From the NCBI RefSeq assembly GCF_001194135.2, contig NC_068990.1:64601869-64665868 (forward strand): a stretch of DNA of 64,000 bases. Reading direction: 5' to 3'. The position numbers were made by a program, and so were the translations under genes. Source of the stretch: Octopus bimaculoides. Lineage: Eukaryota. This document shows positions 24,839 to 36,654 of the stretch, piece after piece (position 1 is the first letter of the stretch; every line of letters begins with the position of its first letter). The notes under the pieces are model-generated. The model ran no database searches and was not told the origin of the DNA. It worked only from the letters and a program-made list of their open reading frames with translations.

Positions 24839-24901
24839 CACTATGTTTCAGCTGTTGTATGCTCCAGCCTTCTTCTGGTGTCTTGTGGTGAGGATATAGT
24901 C
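24839..24901 (-). ncRNA. Hammerhead-ribozyme-like core, copy 2 (probably fossil)
   Basis: Minus strand gacuauauc...caagacac-CAGAAGA-A-GGCUG-gagcauacaa-CAGCU-GAAA-cauagug. The core U is mutated to A. Confidence 0.35.
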
Positions 24902-24911
24902 TGTTTCTATA

Positions 24912-25130
24912 TATTTACTTGTTTCAGTCATTTGACTGCAGCCATGCTGAAGCACTACCTTGAAAGGTTTTAGTCAAACTAATTGACTCCAGGATTTATT
25001 TCTTAAGCCTAGTACTTATTCTGTTAGTCTCTTTGCCAAACTGCTAAATTACAGGGGCGTAAACACACCGACACCAGTTGTCAAGGGGTGATGGAGGGAC
25101 AAACACAGACACAAAGACACACACAGATAT
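24912..25130. mobile_element. SINE-like repeat family E ending in (TA)n
   Basis: ttacttgtttcagtcatttgactgcagccatgctg...gggacaaacacagacac; homologous to 14040-14215. Confidence 0.7.
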
Positions 25131-25131
25131 A

Positions 25132-25134
<3 letters not shown>

Positions 25135-25220
<86 letters not shown>
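25135..25220. repeat. (TA)n microsatellite
   Basis: Uninterrupted AT run. Confidence 0.95.
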
Positions 25221-25224
<4 letters not shown>

Positions 25225-25231
25225 ACACACA

Positions 25232-26029
25232 CAGGGTGTGGTGAATAAACTATCATCTAAATTATGGAAAAATGAAAATAACTCTATAGAAAAATGAAAA
25301 TAACACTGACATCTTATTTTAACAGAGATGCTTACCAAGATTACATAAAAATATCTTGAAATACTAAAGAGTAAACTTATTCAATAAAATAGCTTCAACC
25401 ACGGCCTCCAGATGACTTTGGAATCTCCTGCAACTCTTCTGGATGGTCTCCTTGTTTAAGTTGGTGAATGCTGCCATAATCTTTGCCTTCACTTCATCTT
25501 TGATGTTACAAGGAGTTTTGTTGGTCTCTCACTCATCTGCATGTCACACATAATCAAGGCGGTTGCAGTCTGGGGAGTTAGGTGGCCAGATGTTAGGGGT
25601 GATGTAGTTTCAGAAATTGTTTGACAGTCATGACTGGGTTCTCCTGCTTGTGTGGAAGAGTGCTGTTCCCAGACATAGGGTCTTCCAGCAGCCACCCTCT
25701 TGACCCAGGGCAGCACTACCTCCTCCAGGCCTTTGATGTAGGCCTATGTGTTGAGTGTGAGACCGTGTGGGAAGATGAATGGAGGCATAACGTCGCCATC
25801 ACTAGTGATCACTCCAAACACCATGGTGTTGACTGGGTGTTTGATTTTTATCACTCACATTACATGTCCTCAGCCTGACACCCAAGCACTCTGAAATGTT
25901 CGCATTGGAGCTTCCGGCACAAATGCTAAGCAGAACAGCATGTTGTTTACAAATTTCTGGCAAAGTGAATTGCATCATGTTGCTGTTTTTCTCACAGACG
26001 GTGCCCAACAACAATTTACCTGTCACATC

Positions 26030-26034
<5 letters not shown>
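25232..26034 (-). mobile_element. IS630-Tc1-mariner derivative (maT/DD37D-like), C-terminal transposase fossil
   Basis: Terminus cagggtg. Minus strand reads MVFGVITSDGDVMPPFIFPHG...LPWVKRVAAGRPYVW...NIWPPNSPDCN.LDY. The D37D spacing is inferred by assuming a 7-nt deletion. Confidence 0.8.
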
Positions 26035-26081
<47 letters not shown>

Positions 26082-26091
26082 NNNNNNNNNN

Positions 26092-26130
<39 letters not shown>

Positions 26131-26134
<4 letters not shown>

Positions 26135-26340
26135 ATAGGCTTCTTTCAGTTTCCGTCTGCCAAATCCACTTACAAGGCTTTGGTCGACTGAGCCCGGAAC
26201 CATGTGATTTGTTAGGAATGGTAAGGGCATCCAACTGTAGAAACCATGACAAATGGAGTCTGGTGCTGCTCTCAGGCTGGCCAGCTCCCATCAAACCATC
26301 CAACCCATGCCAGCATGGAAAATGGACGTTAAGTGATGAG
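26131..26340. mobile_element. Chimeric repeat: SINE D fragment (-) joined to RTE tail A (+)
   Basis: cagtttccgtctgccaaatccacttacaaggctttggtcg...gaaccatgtg runs directly into gttaggaatggtaagggcatcc...ccaacccatgccagcatgg. Confidence 0.65.
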
Positions 26341-26509
26341 ACAGAAAGAGGAATGAAAGATGAGAGAAGAGAAAAAAAAGAAAGGAAATTATAACAGGTG
26401 AGTGGGGTACAGGAGATTGTGTGCAATGTATACAGTTGTGAGAAAAAAGATAAGCAGTCTATGTAAACATTAAAAATGTATTGTGAAAGCAATGAACAAA
26501 AGTAAAAAT

Positions 26510-27120
26510 AACAAAAGAAGGACAAGTTTTAACAATTTTTTTATTAAAGTGATTTGTTGGGTAAGGCTGGAACAGTGCAAGAAGATATAAAGTAAACTAC
26601 TAAAATAAAAGTAAACAAATTGATGTTGTAGTTTTACCTATTATTTCTATATTTCTGGTCTATGACCCCTTCTTCAGGACATGCAGAACAGCAAGGAATA
26701 GTCTCACTGGCCTTAGCCAACAAGTCTCTTTAATGTAATATTGCACAAGGCTTCACCAAAACTACTCCATTTTAAACATTTTGTTTGCTTCTTAAAAATA
26801 AGGGGAAGAATCTTGATGTCTCTGAAGGAAAATAAAGGAGGAATATGAAAAAGGCAAAGTGGGAGGTGTGATGTTCGAGTGAGAGTGGATGTGTTTGGGA
26901 TGTGGGGGTGGGTGGGGTGTTGAAAGGGGGGAAAACAAGGGTGTAGGTGTGCTGGGAAAAGGGAGAGAGGGTTGTGGAAGAGGGAGATATGCAGGGATGG
27001 GGGGGGAATGGTGGGGAGAAATGAGTGCAGTTTGCATTAGTTAATGGAGATGGTGAAATGGATAAGTTTGGAATAAGATGGTGGATGAAACAGACAAGAG
27101 AGTGAGCAAGGAGAGGGTAA
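26510..27120 (-). mobile_element. Penelope-like remnant with a hammerhead-like core at 26652-26677
   Basis: G-rich + strand at 26790-27120; minus-strand CUGAAGA-A-GGGGUC-AUA-GACCA-GAAA; shares ggacaagttttaa with 23281. Confidence 0.45.
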
Positions 27121-28639
27121 TGCCCTTAATTCAATCTTTACTTATCCCACTTATCAAAAGTTAAATATCTTTGATGCTGCTTATTAATCTAGATTACTAA
27201 CAAGAGTTTGGTGTGTGGAACAAGATAAAATGCCTGATATTTTATTTATTCTTCTTTAGACAAATATTTTGCATTTTTTCATCACAATCTTGTTGATGTT
27301 TCTAGAGAGAAACATATAACTTTCTTTTATAATATCCACACATAAATACCTTGCCAACTTGTTAAATTAATAGTGATATTTGCAAAGAAAATCTGTGCTT
27401 GGTTATGAACATGTAAACTGAATACATGATACAGGTGACATTAAAAAGAAAAAAAATAGAGAAATAAGTTAGATGTTGTTAGAGAGAAATAGTGGTTGAG
27501 GTTAAACTCAAAAATTTTGAATAATTAAGTTAGTTCAATACTTGAAAGTCTGACTTTTACGACTTATTCAAGCAGATAGAAAAATACAGCATTGCAGAAT
27601 TATGCAACCCTACCTTTTATAGAAACACTTAGCACTATTGATTTTTTAAATATAAGCACACACACACACACACATATGCATTGGTATTAATTCATTCATT
27701 CATTCTTAAAAAAAAGTATGCTTTCAAACAAGTATAGAAGAGGTATTGTATTTACACTTTGCATCAGTAACTGAACAACAGCCCTGAAAATTTTAATAAA
27801 ACATTTAAGTAATCTTATGCTGTGTTCATTAAAAAGAGTTTCTTGTTAAATAAACTGAAACATGAAACTTCCTATGGAAGTCATTATCGACTACACATAA
27901 AAAATCTCAAAAATGGAAAGGAATTATTATCTTTAGACTTAAGTTTTCCTTACATTAAGATATTTGTTTGAACTGCCATTCTTGAATATATTCATTCCAG
28001 AATTATTTTCCTTTGGCATGTTGTCTTTATTTTCATTGAAGTTTTGATTTCTATGTTAATAAATGCCAGAATGAAACCATATCAATATATTTGCTGGCTC
28101 AGAGAAAACTATGTATTTCTATATGAGAAATTAATATCTTTATATGCTGTGATTATATCACAGTCCAGCATTTTTCTCATTGAATTAGACAATTTACCTA
28201 TCAGCTAAACAGAGTAGCAAAAATTAAATCTGATAATGTTTATAGGGGAAACAGTTTTCCCAATAAAATAAACGCCTGCTTCAGTTTTAAATGTGAAAAT
28301 AAAACTTGGTCACTAAATATGGCTGGCTTAGTATTACTGCACTTTTGATTGAAGCAGTCAGCACATGCTTCCAATATTTGTAATTAGGCTCACATTCATA
28401 GTTATCATCAACTTAAACATCATACTAATATGATTACCATTACTACAAACATCATTGTCTAAATCTTAATGCTGCCAGTTAAAATACATTTACATAACTT
28501 CTTAGCGTAGTAATATCAAACTTACCAATTTCATTAAATCTATAATAACAGTAGTGGTAAATGTTAATGATGGTAGGTTTTCAACAGAGTTTATGACCAT
28601 TTTGATTTGATACGTAGATGGAGCTAATAATTTAAGTAG

Positions 28640-28810
28640 TTGGCTGATGGTTTGGCAGAATCATTAGTGTCTGCATACATTAACTCATTGTATTGAGTTC
28701 AAATCCATAGCTTTATTCTTCCAAGGGCTATAAAGTAAGTATTCAGGTGGTTATAATTAACTATTCCTTTCCAAAAACTTATCTGGCTTTTTGCCTATGT
28801 AAGAAATTAT
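28640..28810 (+). mobile_element. SINE family B, decayed
   Basis: ttggcagaatcattag...gagttcaaatcc...ataaagtaagta. Confidence 0.55.
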
Positions 28811-30643
28811 TAATTTAGGTGATATAGGTTACTAGTGTTCCTGAGAGAAGTGTGAAAATTATAATTTTACACTTCTGTTATTTTCTTTTCCAAGATAGTT
28901 TCCTGCATAGATAAAAAAAATCATCATCATCATTACTTAACATTTGTCTTCCATGCTGGCATGGATTGGTTGTTTCTACACATTTACTAAGACATATTAA
29001 TCCAAAATTTTGTGATTGAATTTGCTATTGTTTCTTTACTACTTGTTTACAGCTAACTAACATTAACCTACCTTCGCATACTGTTATTTCATGTATTGTC
29101 TTTATGACTTCTCTGTTATACACATTGTACTCCTTCACAGTGACACCCCTTGTAATTTTGTAGTCACAGTGATGTTAAGATGCCTAACTCCTTAATAATT
29201 GCATGATCATAAATCCTAATTCTATTGAAGCTGCTGTTTTGTGTCCTTAATGGAGTTTATCTCTGTGGTCTTCAACATTCCCATCTTACTCCAAGGCTGT
29301 ATAGTTAAGAGCATCTATGTATGAAAATAACTGTTCCAACACTGTGCAAATGCCTTAGATTTGCAAAACAGTAATCCTGTGAGAAAATGAGTGAAAAACA
29401 ATAAAACAAATACAAAACCATTTCCCTTTACTCACAGTTCTCTCTCCCTCCTAAATTCATTCTTTTATATCTCACTGACAACAGGCAAGATATATTCCCA
29501 TCTGCAGCTTACTGCTTTACTTTTTTACAGATCTACAGCTGTGTTGCTATTACAAGACATGTGATTTTTGTTATAGTCATTACTAGATTTGCTGGCCTGG
29601 CAACTTTTAATAAATGCATCAACAACAGTACTTGTAGACTTTGTCTTGTTTTTGCATTTTGGGTTTCTTAAATCTTCCTTTGTCCCATTTATTTCACATT
29701 TTCTCAATTTGTTCTTACATTTTTTAGTTACTTTATTATATTTTTCTCTTTGGCTATTATAATAAATGTAAGATTTCTGAAAGAAAATTATTAAAAATGT
29801 TTTCATAGTTTTAAAACATTTTCTTCTAAATTTTACCTTTGTTATTATATTCAGTAGATACTAGACTTTATAGAACATTAGCCAGAATATCTTTTTCAGT
29901 ATTTAGTTTCATTTGTTTTAAGTTCAGTCCTGCCGGTGTCAGCTTTATTTTTCTTCCTCCTCCAGGCTTTATGATACTACCAAGTTTCAGCTTCATTCCA
30001 ATGGAATGAAGTATAATATTCCAATGCATGGACTGTGATGTAGTGGTAAATGTTTGATGAATAAAGTTGGCGAGTTTTGGTTCCTAATTGGAACATCTTC
30101 CTTTAAAATGGAGAAGACTTAGACTCAGTAAGGAAATCTATTCTGTAACTGAATCAGTCCAATGTAGCAATCACAACTTCAGTAAACTCTCTCCTAGTTT
30201 GTTACTAAAAGGTCAACAACAGTTTTTAAAAAGAAGTGTTAGGATAGCTTGTGCTGCAATAAAGATGAGATATCTACAAATCAATACACTGAATGTTCAT
30301 AATCTGCATTAGCAGTTTCCTAATGTATAGGTTTCTGATTCTTAATACTGAATAACAGAACAGCTTTTTCACTTGCATTACTAAAACCCACTGAAAGAAA
30401 TGCATGAAACTTCCATTTCTCACATCCTCTATCCTACAAAATATAATTTCTGATTTCATGCTATCTATAAGGTATAGATTGTTAACCTATAGTCATCTTG
30501 AAAGACTGAATGTGTTTGTAGTATGGATTCATTCCTTCTAAGTAGAAAATTTAATATCAGTTCTTGTACCCATTAAACAAAATGACTGACTACATTTTGA
30601 GGTCACTGATGGTAGTCTGTGTTGGCACAAACCCATATAAATA

Positions 30644-30685
<42 letters not shown>

Positions 30686-30834
30686 NNNNNNNNNNNNNNN
30701 NNNNNNNNNNNNNNNNNNNNNNNNNNNNNNNNNNNNNNNNNNNNNNNNNNNNNNNNNNNNNNNNNNNNNNNNNNNNNNNNTATACACATCCACACATAGA
30801 TATATGCATACATATATACACACACACACATGCA

Positions 30835-31573
30835 CAGGGGGCAATAAGTATATTGTCACCATTTTATAGTTTTAATTTCACGCACACACAGTTTGGTTTT
30901 GATTTTGTCAACTACACAGTATAGTAGGGTCAGTTGGGCACTGTCTGTGAGAAAAATAGCACCATGATGCAATTCACTCTGCCAGAAATGACATACTGTA
31001 TTACTCGGCATTGGTACCAGAAGTGATAAAAATCCAACATTAAGTCAACATCATGGTGTTTGGAGTGATCACTAGTGATGGCGACATGCCTCCATTCATC
31101 TTACCACATGGCCTCACTCTTAACAGTCTACATCAAATGCCTGAAGGAGGTAGTGCTGCCCTGGGTCAAGAAAGTGGCTGCTGGAAGACCCTATGTCTGG
31201 TAACAGAACTCTGCAACTACATCACCTGTAACATCTGGCCACCTAACTCCTCAGACTGCAACTCTTTTGATTATTATATGTGGGGTACAGTTGAGTGAGA
31301 GACCAACAAAACTCCTTGTAACACCAAAAATGAAGTGAAGGCAAGGATTATGGCAGTATTCATCAACTTCAAAAAGGAGACCGTCCAGAAGAGTTGCAGG
31401 AGATTTCAGTCATCTGGAGGCTGTGGTTGAAGCAATTTTTATTGAATAAATCTACTCTTTAGTATTTCGAGATATTTCTATGTAATTTTGGTAAATATTT
31501 CTGTTAAAATAAGATTGTCAGTGTTATTTTCATTTTTGCATAATTTAGACGACAGTTTATTCACTGTACCCTG
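30835..31573 (+). mobile_element. Second maT-like derivative, same family as 25232-26034, opposite orientation
   Basis: cagggg...taccctg termini. Reads MVFGVITSDGDMPPFILPHGLTLN...NIWPPNSSDCNSFDYYMWGTVE; 31300-31573 is the reverse complement of ~25232-25530. Confidence 0.82.
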
Positions 31574-31586
31574 TGCATGCATACAA

Positions 31587-31650
<64 letters not shown>

Positions 31651-32061
31651 CTATTTTCACAGCAAGTCTAAAAATATGCTTAACTTGAGGATTGTAACTT
31701 TATTTACAACTTGAATCTTATCTGCATTGTTTTAGTGCTCCCAATAATGCACATGATTATAACTTGACTCTGTTTTGTAGATAAGGTCAGATCTAGTCCA
31801 ATTAACTATATCTTCTTAGCACACAGATGAAAGTAACTGAACCCCCAATGACTGTTTTAACAAAAGTGAAACTTATTGATAAATCAGTTTGATCCTTCTT
31901 TATTGCTGCTGAGAGCCTTTTGGCTTTATCATGTGCTTTCACAAAGCAGTTAAAAATATGATCACCACTTTGATACAAGAGCCTAAATAAAACCTTAAAA
32001 AATGAAAGAATAATTTACACATTGTTTATTCCATGTAACTATCTGCTTTCTACACGCATAT

Positions 32062-32103
<42 letters not shown>

Positions 32104-32614
32104 ACATACACACACTTGACCATTGTCTACATTACAGGGTGTATCAAGTAGACAGTAAATTACAAGTCTCCTTACTAACACACCCTGTCTAGCTCCTTTC
32201 CGTCATGCCACTGGTAATGCACACTTGCAGCAAAGTGTGTAGATCTTGGTGTATGTTTATTCTTCACCATTAAATCTATATTTAATAACATAATTGCTAA
32301 AATGTAAAAGTAAAGTGTAAATGAATCTCTCTGCTCATTTCNNNNNNNNNNNNNNNNNNNNNNNNNNNNNNNNNNNNNNNNNNNNNNNNNNNNNNNNNNN
32401 NNNNNNNNNNNNNNNNNNNNNNNNNNNNNNNNNNNNNNNNNNNNNNNNNNNNNNNNNNNNNNNNNNNNNNNNNNNNNNNNNNNNNNNNNNNNNNNNNNNN
32501 NNNNNNNNNNNNNNNNNNNNNNNNNNNNNNNNNNNNNNNNNNNNNNNNNNNNNNNNNNNNNNNNNNNNNNNNNNNNNNNNNNNNNNNNNNNNNNNNNNNN
32601 NNNNNNNATATATT

Positions 32615-32824
32615 AATCCGTGTGCGGGTGACACGTAAAAGCACCCACTACACTCTCTGAGTGGTTGGCGTTAGGAAGGGCATCCAGCTGTAGAAACTCT
32701 GCCAAATTAGATTGGAGCCTGGTGTTGCCATCCGGTTTCACCAGTCCTCAGTCAAATCGTCCAACCCATGCTAGCATGGAAAGCGGACGTTAAACGACGA
32801 TGATGATGATGATGATGATGATGA
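32615..32824 (+). mobile_element. Young RTE-tail/SINE-like copy (family A) with (GAT)n tail
   Basis: CpGs intact (gttggcgttagg, aagcggacgttaaacgacg) and a long (gat)n tail. Confidence 0.85.
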
Positions 32825-33515
32825 TATATATAGCATATAGTACTCAGTTTCTCTGGTATCAAGTGACAAATGACTGAGAAAGTAGGTTAGAACTCTTGAT
32901 TCAAGCCCCAACCTTTGTACCAGGACATGAAACTCTCAAGGAATGAAATAACAAATTGAAATATGAAGCAGAATATTGAATTGTTGTCTTGTCCCCTCCC
33001 TTCTATCTTCCTTCTGACTTCATCTGCTTTCCATCCAATCCTCCCCCTACTATTTTTATTCTAACTGGGAATCAGATTTGAAGCGATTTAAGATTCTGGA
33101 ATTGATGCAATATGCTATGATTAAGACATGTTCATACACAAATATTGAACACACATGTGTATTTTCTCCCAAACACATGCATGCAGGAATCTTAAGGCTT
33201 CTGCCGTATACACTCAGATAATACATACGCATTTATAGTCACACAAACTCTGACATACAGGTCTAGAACTTGTTTAAGTTATAGACTCATAAATAAGTTT
33301 ATGTAATGAAAATACATCCAATGTTAATTACACATATGTCTAAACGTTACAGTCTTGTTATAAAATAATATGGGAATATGTTTAGATAACCCGAATATTA
33401 TCATTCTACAGCAAGACTAAATGTTTTAAGCATATAAATGTATCGTTAACATTAAATATTCTTTCATCATGTTGAACTTTTTCATACATTTGTACATATA
33501 CACAAACTTTCACTT

Positions 33516-33565
<50 letters not shown>

Positions 33566-33867
33566 ACATATGCATGTGCTTGCACATGCACACAAACATA
33601 AGCACACTCCCCTTTTATTTACGTATGTGCTGTAGACTCTTGTGGTTTTTTTACTTCTCTCTCTTTCTGATTTAAACAGCTAAACCATTTTGTTTCATTA
33701 CAACTCTGTAACCATCTCTTCTTCATGCCAACAATGAACACACATACTTAAACATCTGTATATCCTGACCTGAACATCCATTTTTCTTCACAACTACAAA
33801 TACACTGATTCAATCAGTTATGCATGTGTGTGCCTCTGCATCTTCACGCATGCAACACACACACACA

Positions 33868-33923
<56 letters not shown>

Positions 33924-34619
33924 AATACATGCACACCCACAGACAAATTCTTTAGGATGTCGAAAATCTTTAAGATGAAAGTACAAGTAAGAAAGGCCAA
34001 AAAGAAGGAAAACAAAAGCAAAAAAGAGCAATTTTTTGTTCCCAGGATGACTTAAAAAACAAATAATAGTAATAACGAGAAAGAAATATCTACTGTCAAC
34101 AATTCTCAAACTCCACCCCTCCACCCTGTCAAAACTGCTCCTTTCTCTTGTAGCTATCGTTGTTCTCTGCTTTAGTTTGCTCCACCAAGCCCTTTTCTTT
34201 TTTTTATTGTTTTGTTCTTTTCACCTGCTCTCCTGTGTTATCATTGGCAGCAGCAGCAGCTTCTATTACTTCTGTTCTTTTGTTTATGTCTTTTCTTCAC
34301 TACTGTCTCTTCCCCCACCACCACAACAGCTTTCTGAATCCAATTTGCACTACCAGTACCATATCCACCGTCTTCCACATGTAGCACGAAACCTTACCAT
34401 CACAGACACCTACCCCTGCATGTCTTTTACATACTGAAAATATGCACACTCAAAGTATCACGAAATTTGCTCCCCCTTACAAAAGAATGCACATTATTCC
34501 TCTCTTGTGCTGTCCTGTTTGTGTCAGTGTGTTTTTTCATTTGTTCATGGGCGGTTAGAGGTAGACCATTTTCTCATTGCATTGTTTCTAAATGTGAAAA
34601 GCATTACTCATGAGCCACT

Positions 34620-34925
34620 CTGGCTTTGGTAGCCTGTACCATGCTTCTGTCAGTTGCTTTTAGGTACCTGTGTAGTCATGGGTAGATTTCAACATCCTCT
34701 CAGCTCCCCCACCTCATGACTCAGCAGAACATCAAGGACGTGAGAGCTGGAGGGCAAAAGTGCTGCACCAGCATGAGGCTGATACTCATTTTTTTCTGCT
34801 GAGTAGATTGGAACAATGTGAAATGAAGCACTATACTCTTGGACACAATGTGATGCACTGCTTGGTCCAGGAATTGAACCCACAACATCACAATCAGAAG
34901 CTCAACACCCTAACCATTAGGCTTT
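34620..34925 (-). mobile_element. SINE family F
   Basis: aatgtgaaatgaagcactatactcttggacacaatg...gaattgaaccc...ccctaaccattaggc. Confidence 0.65.
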
Positions 34926-35473
34926 ATGGCTTCACTTATGTGAGTATATGGGTATATGTTAGAATAAATACATATGCTGTGTGTGTGTTGTGCAGATACA
35001 GTAAGCCATAGGTGTGAAGTGTAAATCAGGATATTAAGCAGTGCATCTCCAAAATGATATGGATGACATAGTGCAACAGTGAAAGGGACATTGAAGTCGT
35101 GACTACAAGCGTAATTATTTATGAACTGACGGGCATTGCCTTTCCTTCTCATCAAGCATCAGTGACATGACTCCCCGATACACCAAGATTTGAACAGCTT
35201 CATATTTGTGGAAATTTACATGCCAGAAAAAGTTTCATGCATTCATCCATTGTAATCTGGAAGCTGCTGTTAAAAACGTCTTTGACTATGGAATCTAAAA
35301 GTCATGTGTCAAGCACATACACATTGTTTCTTCTCAACTTCAGTGATTCACTGATTCACTCTATGTGAATTAGTTTTGGAATAGCTCGGTTTTTCTTTGA
35401 GATCAACAAAAGACTTAGCTATAGAAATAAATACAAAGCACAGTCATAGTTTTTAAACCTCAAGGACATTTAA

Positions 35474-35683
35474 CCCTTTTGCATTCAGATTATTCTGTCA
35501 GATGTAATGCTTATTAACATTGCTTTGGATTAATCATTCAATATCTTGTAGCTTTTCAATAATTTGACTGTTTATTTTTAGAATGGCATTGTCGAGTAGG
35601 TGTGACAAGCTGGATCTCGTTGATTTGAACATAAAATGGGTAGAACATTTAGGCCAGATACGGTTGGTTTAAATGCTAAAAGG
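35474..35683 (+). mobile_element. MITE C1
   Basis: ttaa|cccttttgcatt...aatgctaaaagg|ttaa. Confidence 0.8.
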
Positions 35684-35744
35684 TTAAGGATAGTTATTGA
35701 GATCCAGATGGGTTCAGCTGCTTAGAGAAGTACTGGTCTCTAAT

Positions 35745-36085
35745 TGTGGAAGGAACCCATGGAAGAGGCAGGCCCAGGGAGACAGGACAAGGTGGTGAAA
35801 TATGACCTTGAGATGTTGAGGCTCACTGGGGAAAATTGTTGTGCTTGAGAAGATATGTCAAACTAAATGGAAACATGGTTGTGGCCAGTACTGGTGACAT
35901 GTGAAAGGCACCTATGCTGGTGACACATAAAAGACACCCAGTTCACTGTGCGGAGTTGGTGATGTTAGGAAGGGCATCCAGCTGTAGAAGCCAAGTCAAA
36001 ACAGACTGACTCCAGGTCTAGCTCTCTGGTTTATTATCTCGTCAAACTGTCCAATCCATACCAGCATGGAAAAAGGGATGATGAT
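35745..36085 (+). mobile_element. 5'-truncated RTE LINE: ORF end plus 3' UTR
   Basis: VEGTHGRGRPRET..KVVKYDLEML (RTE GRGRP motif), contiguous with the family-A tail. Confidence 0.8.
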
Positions 36086-36229
36086 TATACTGGAAGGTGT
36101 TAACTCTTAGATCAGACGAAATTTGTGGCACCTGGCATTTTTAGAATTTGTATTATTGTCAGGAATCTTGCAGAAACTAATCCAAAGCACATGACAGAGT
36201 GTATAGTAATAAGAAATATCTTATTGATA

Positions 36230-36423
36230 CTGTCACACATACTTATTTGTCCGTGTTATTTTGAATTAATTATTCAACGTCTTGTAGCTTTGTGATTTCA
36301 GTGATGTGACTTTATTTTTAGAATGGCATTGTAGAGTAGGTGTGAGAAGCTGGACCTGGCTAGTTTGAACATAAAATGGGTGGAGCATTTAGGTCAGATA
36401 CGGCCGGTTTAAATGCTAAAGGG
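36230..36423 (+). mobile_element. MITE C1, 5' end lost; local duplicate of 35474-35683
   Basis: Ends aatgctaaaggg|ttaa and shares the 3' flank with the 35474 copy. Confidence 0.75.
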
Positions 36424-36622
36424 TTAAGGATAGCTATTGAGATCTAGATGGGCTCAGCTTTTACTCAATCTACCAAGTTATTTCTATCATTTGCAGCAGT
36501 AATACTATTACATAATGTGCTCTATTCTCTCTATACTCTACTAATGTTCTATTACTTCGATAACAATTTCCTTTATATAAATCCTATCTTAAGTTATCAA
36601 TGTTACATTATAATACCTACTT

Positions 36623-36654
<32 letters not shown>

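Noticed and set aside
32135-32187. Tiny cagggtgt...acaccctg inverted repeat
   Set aside because: An 8-bp match with no TA duplication on the right; may be chance or an extreme Tc1 remnant.
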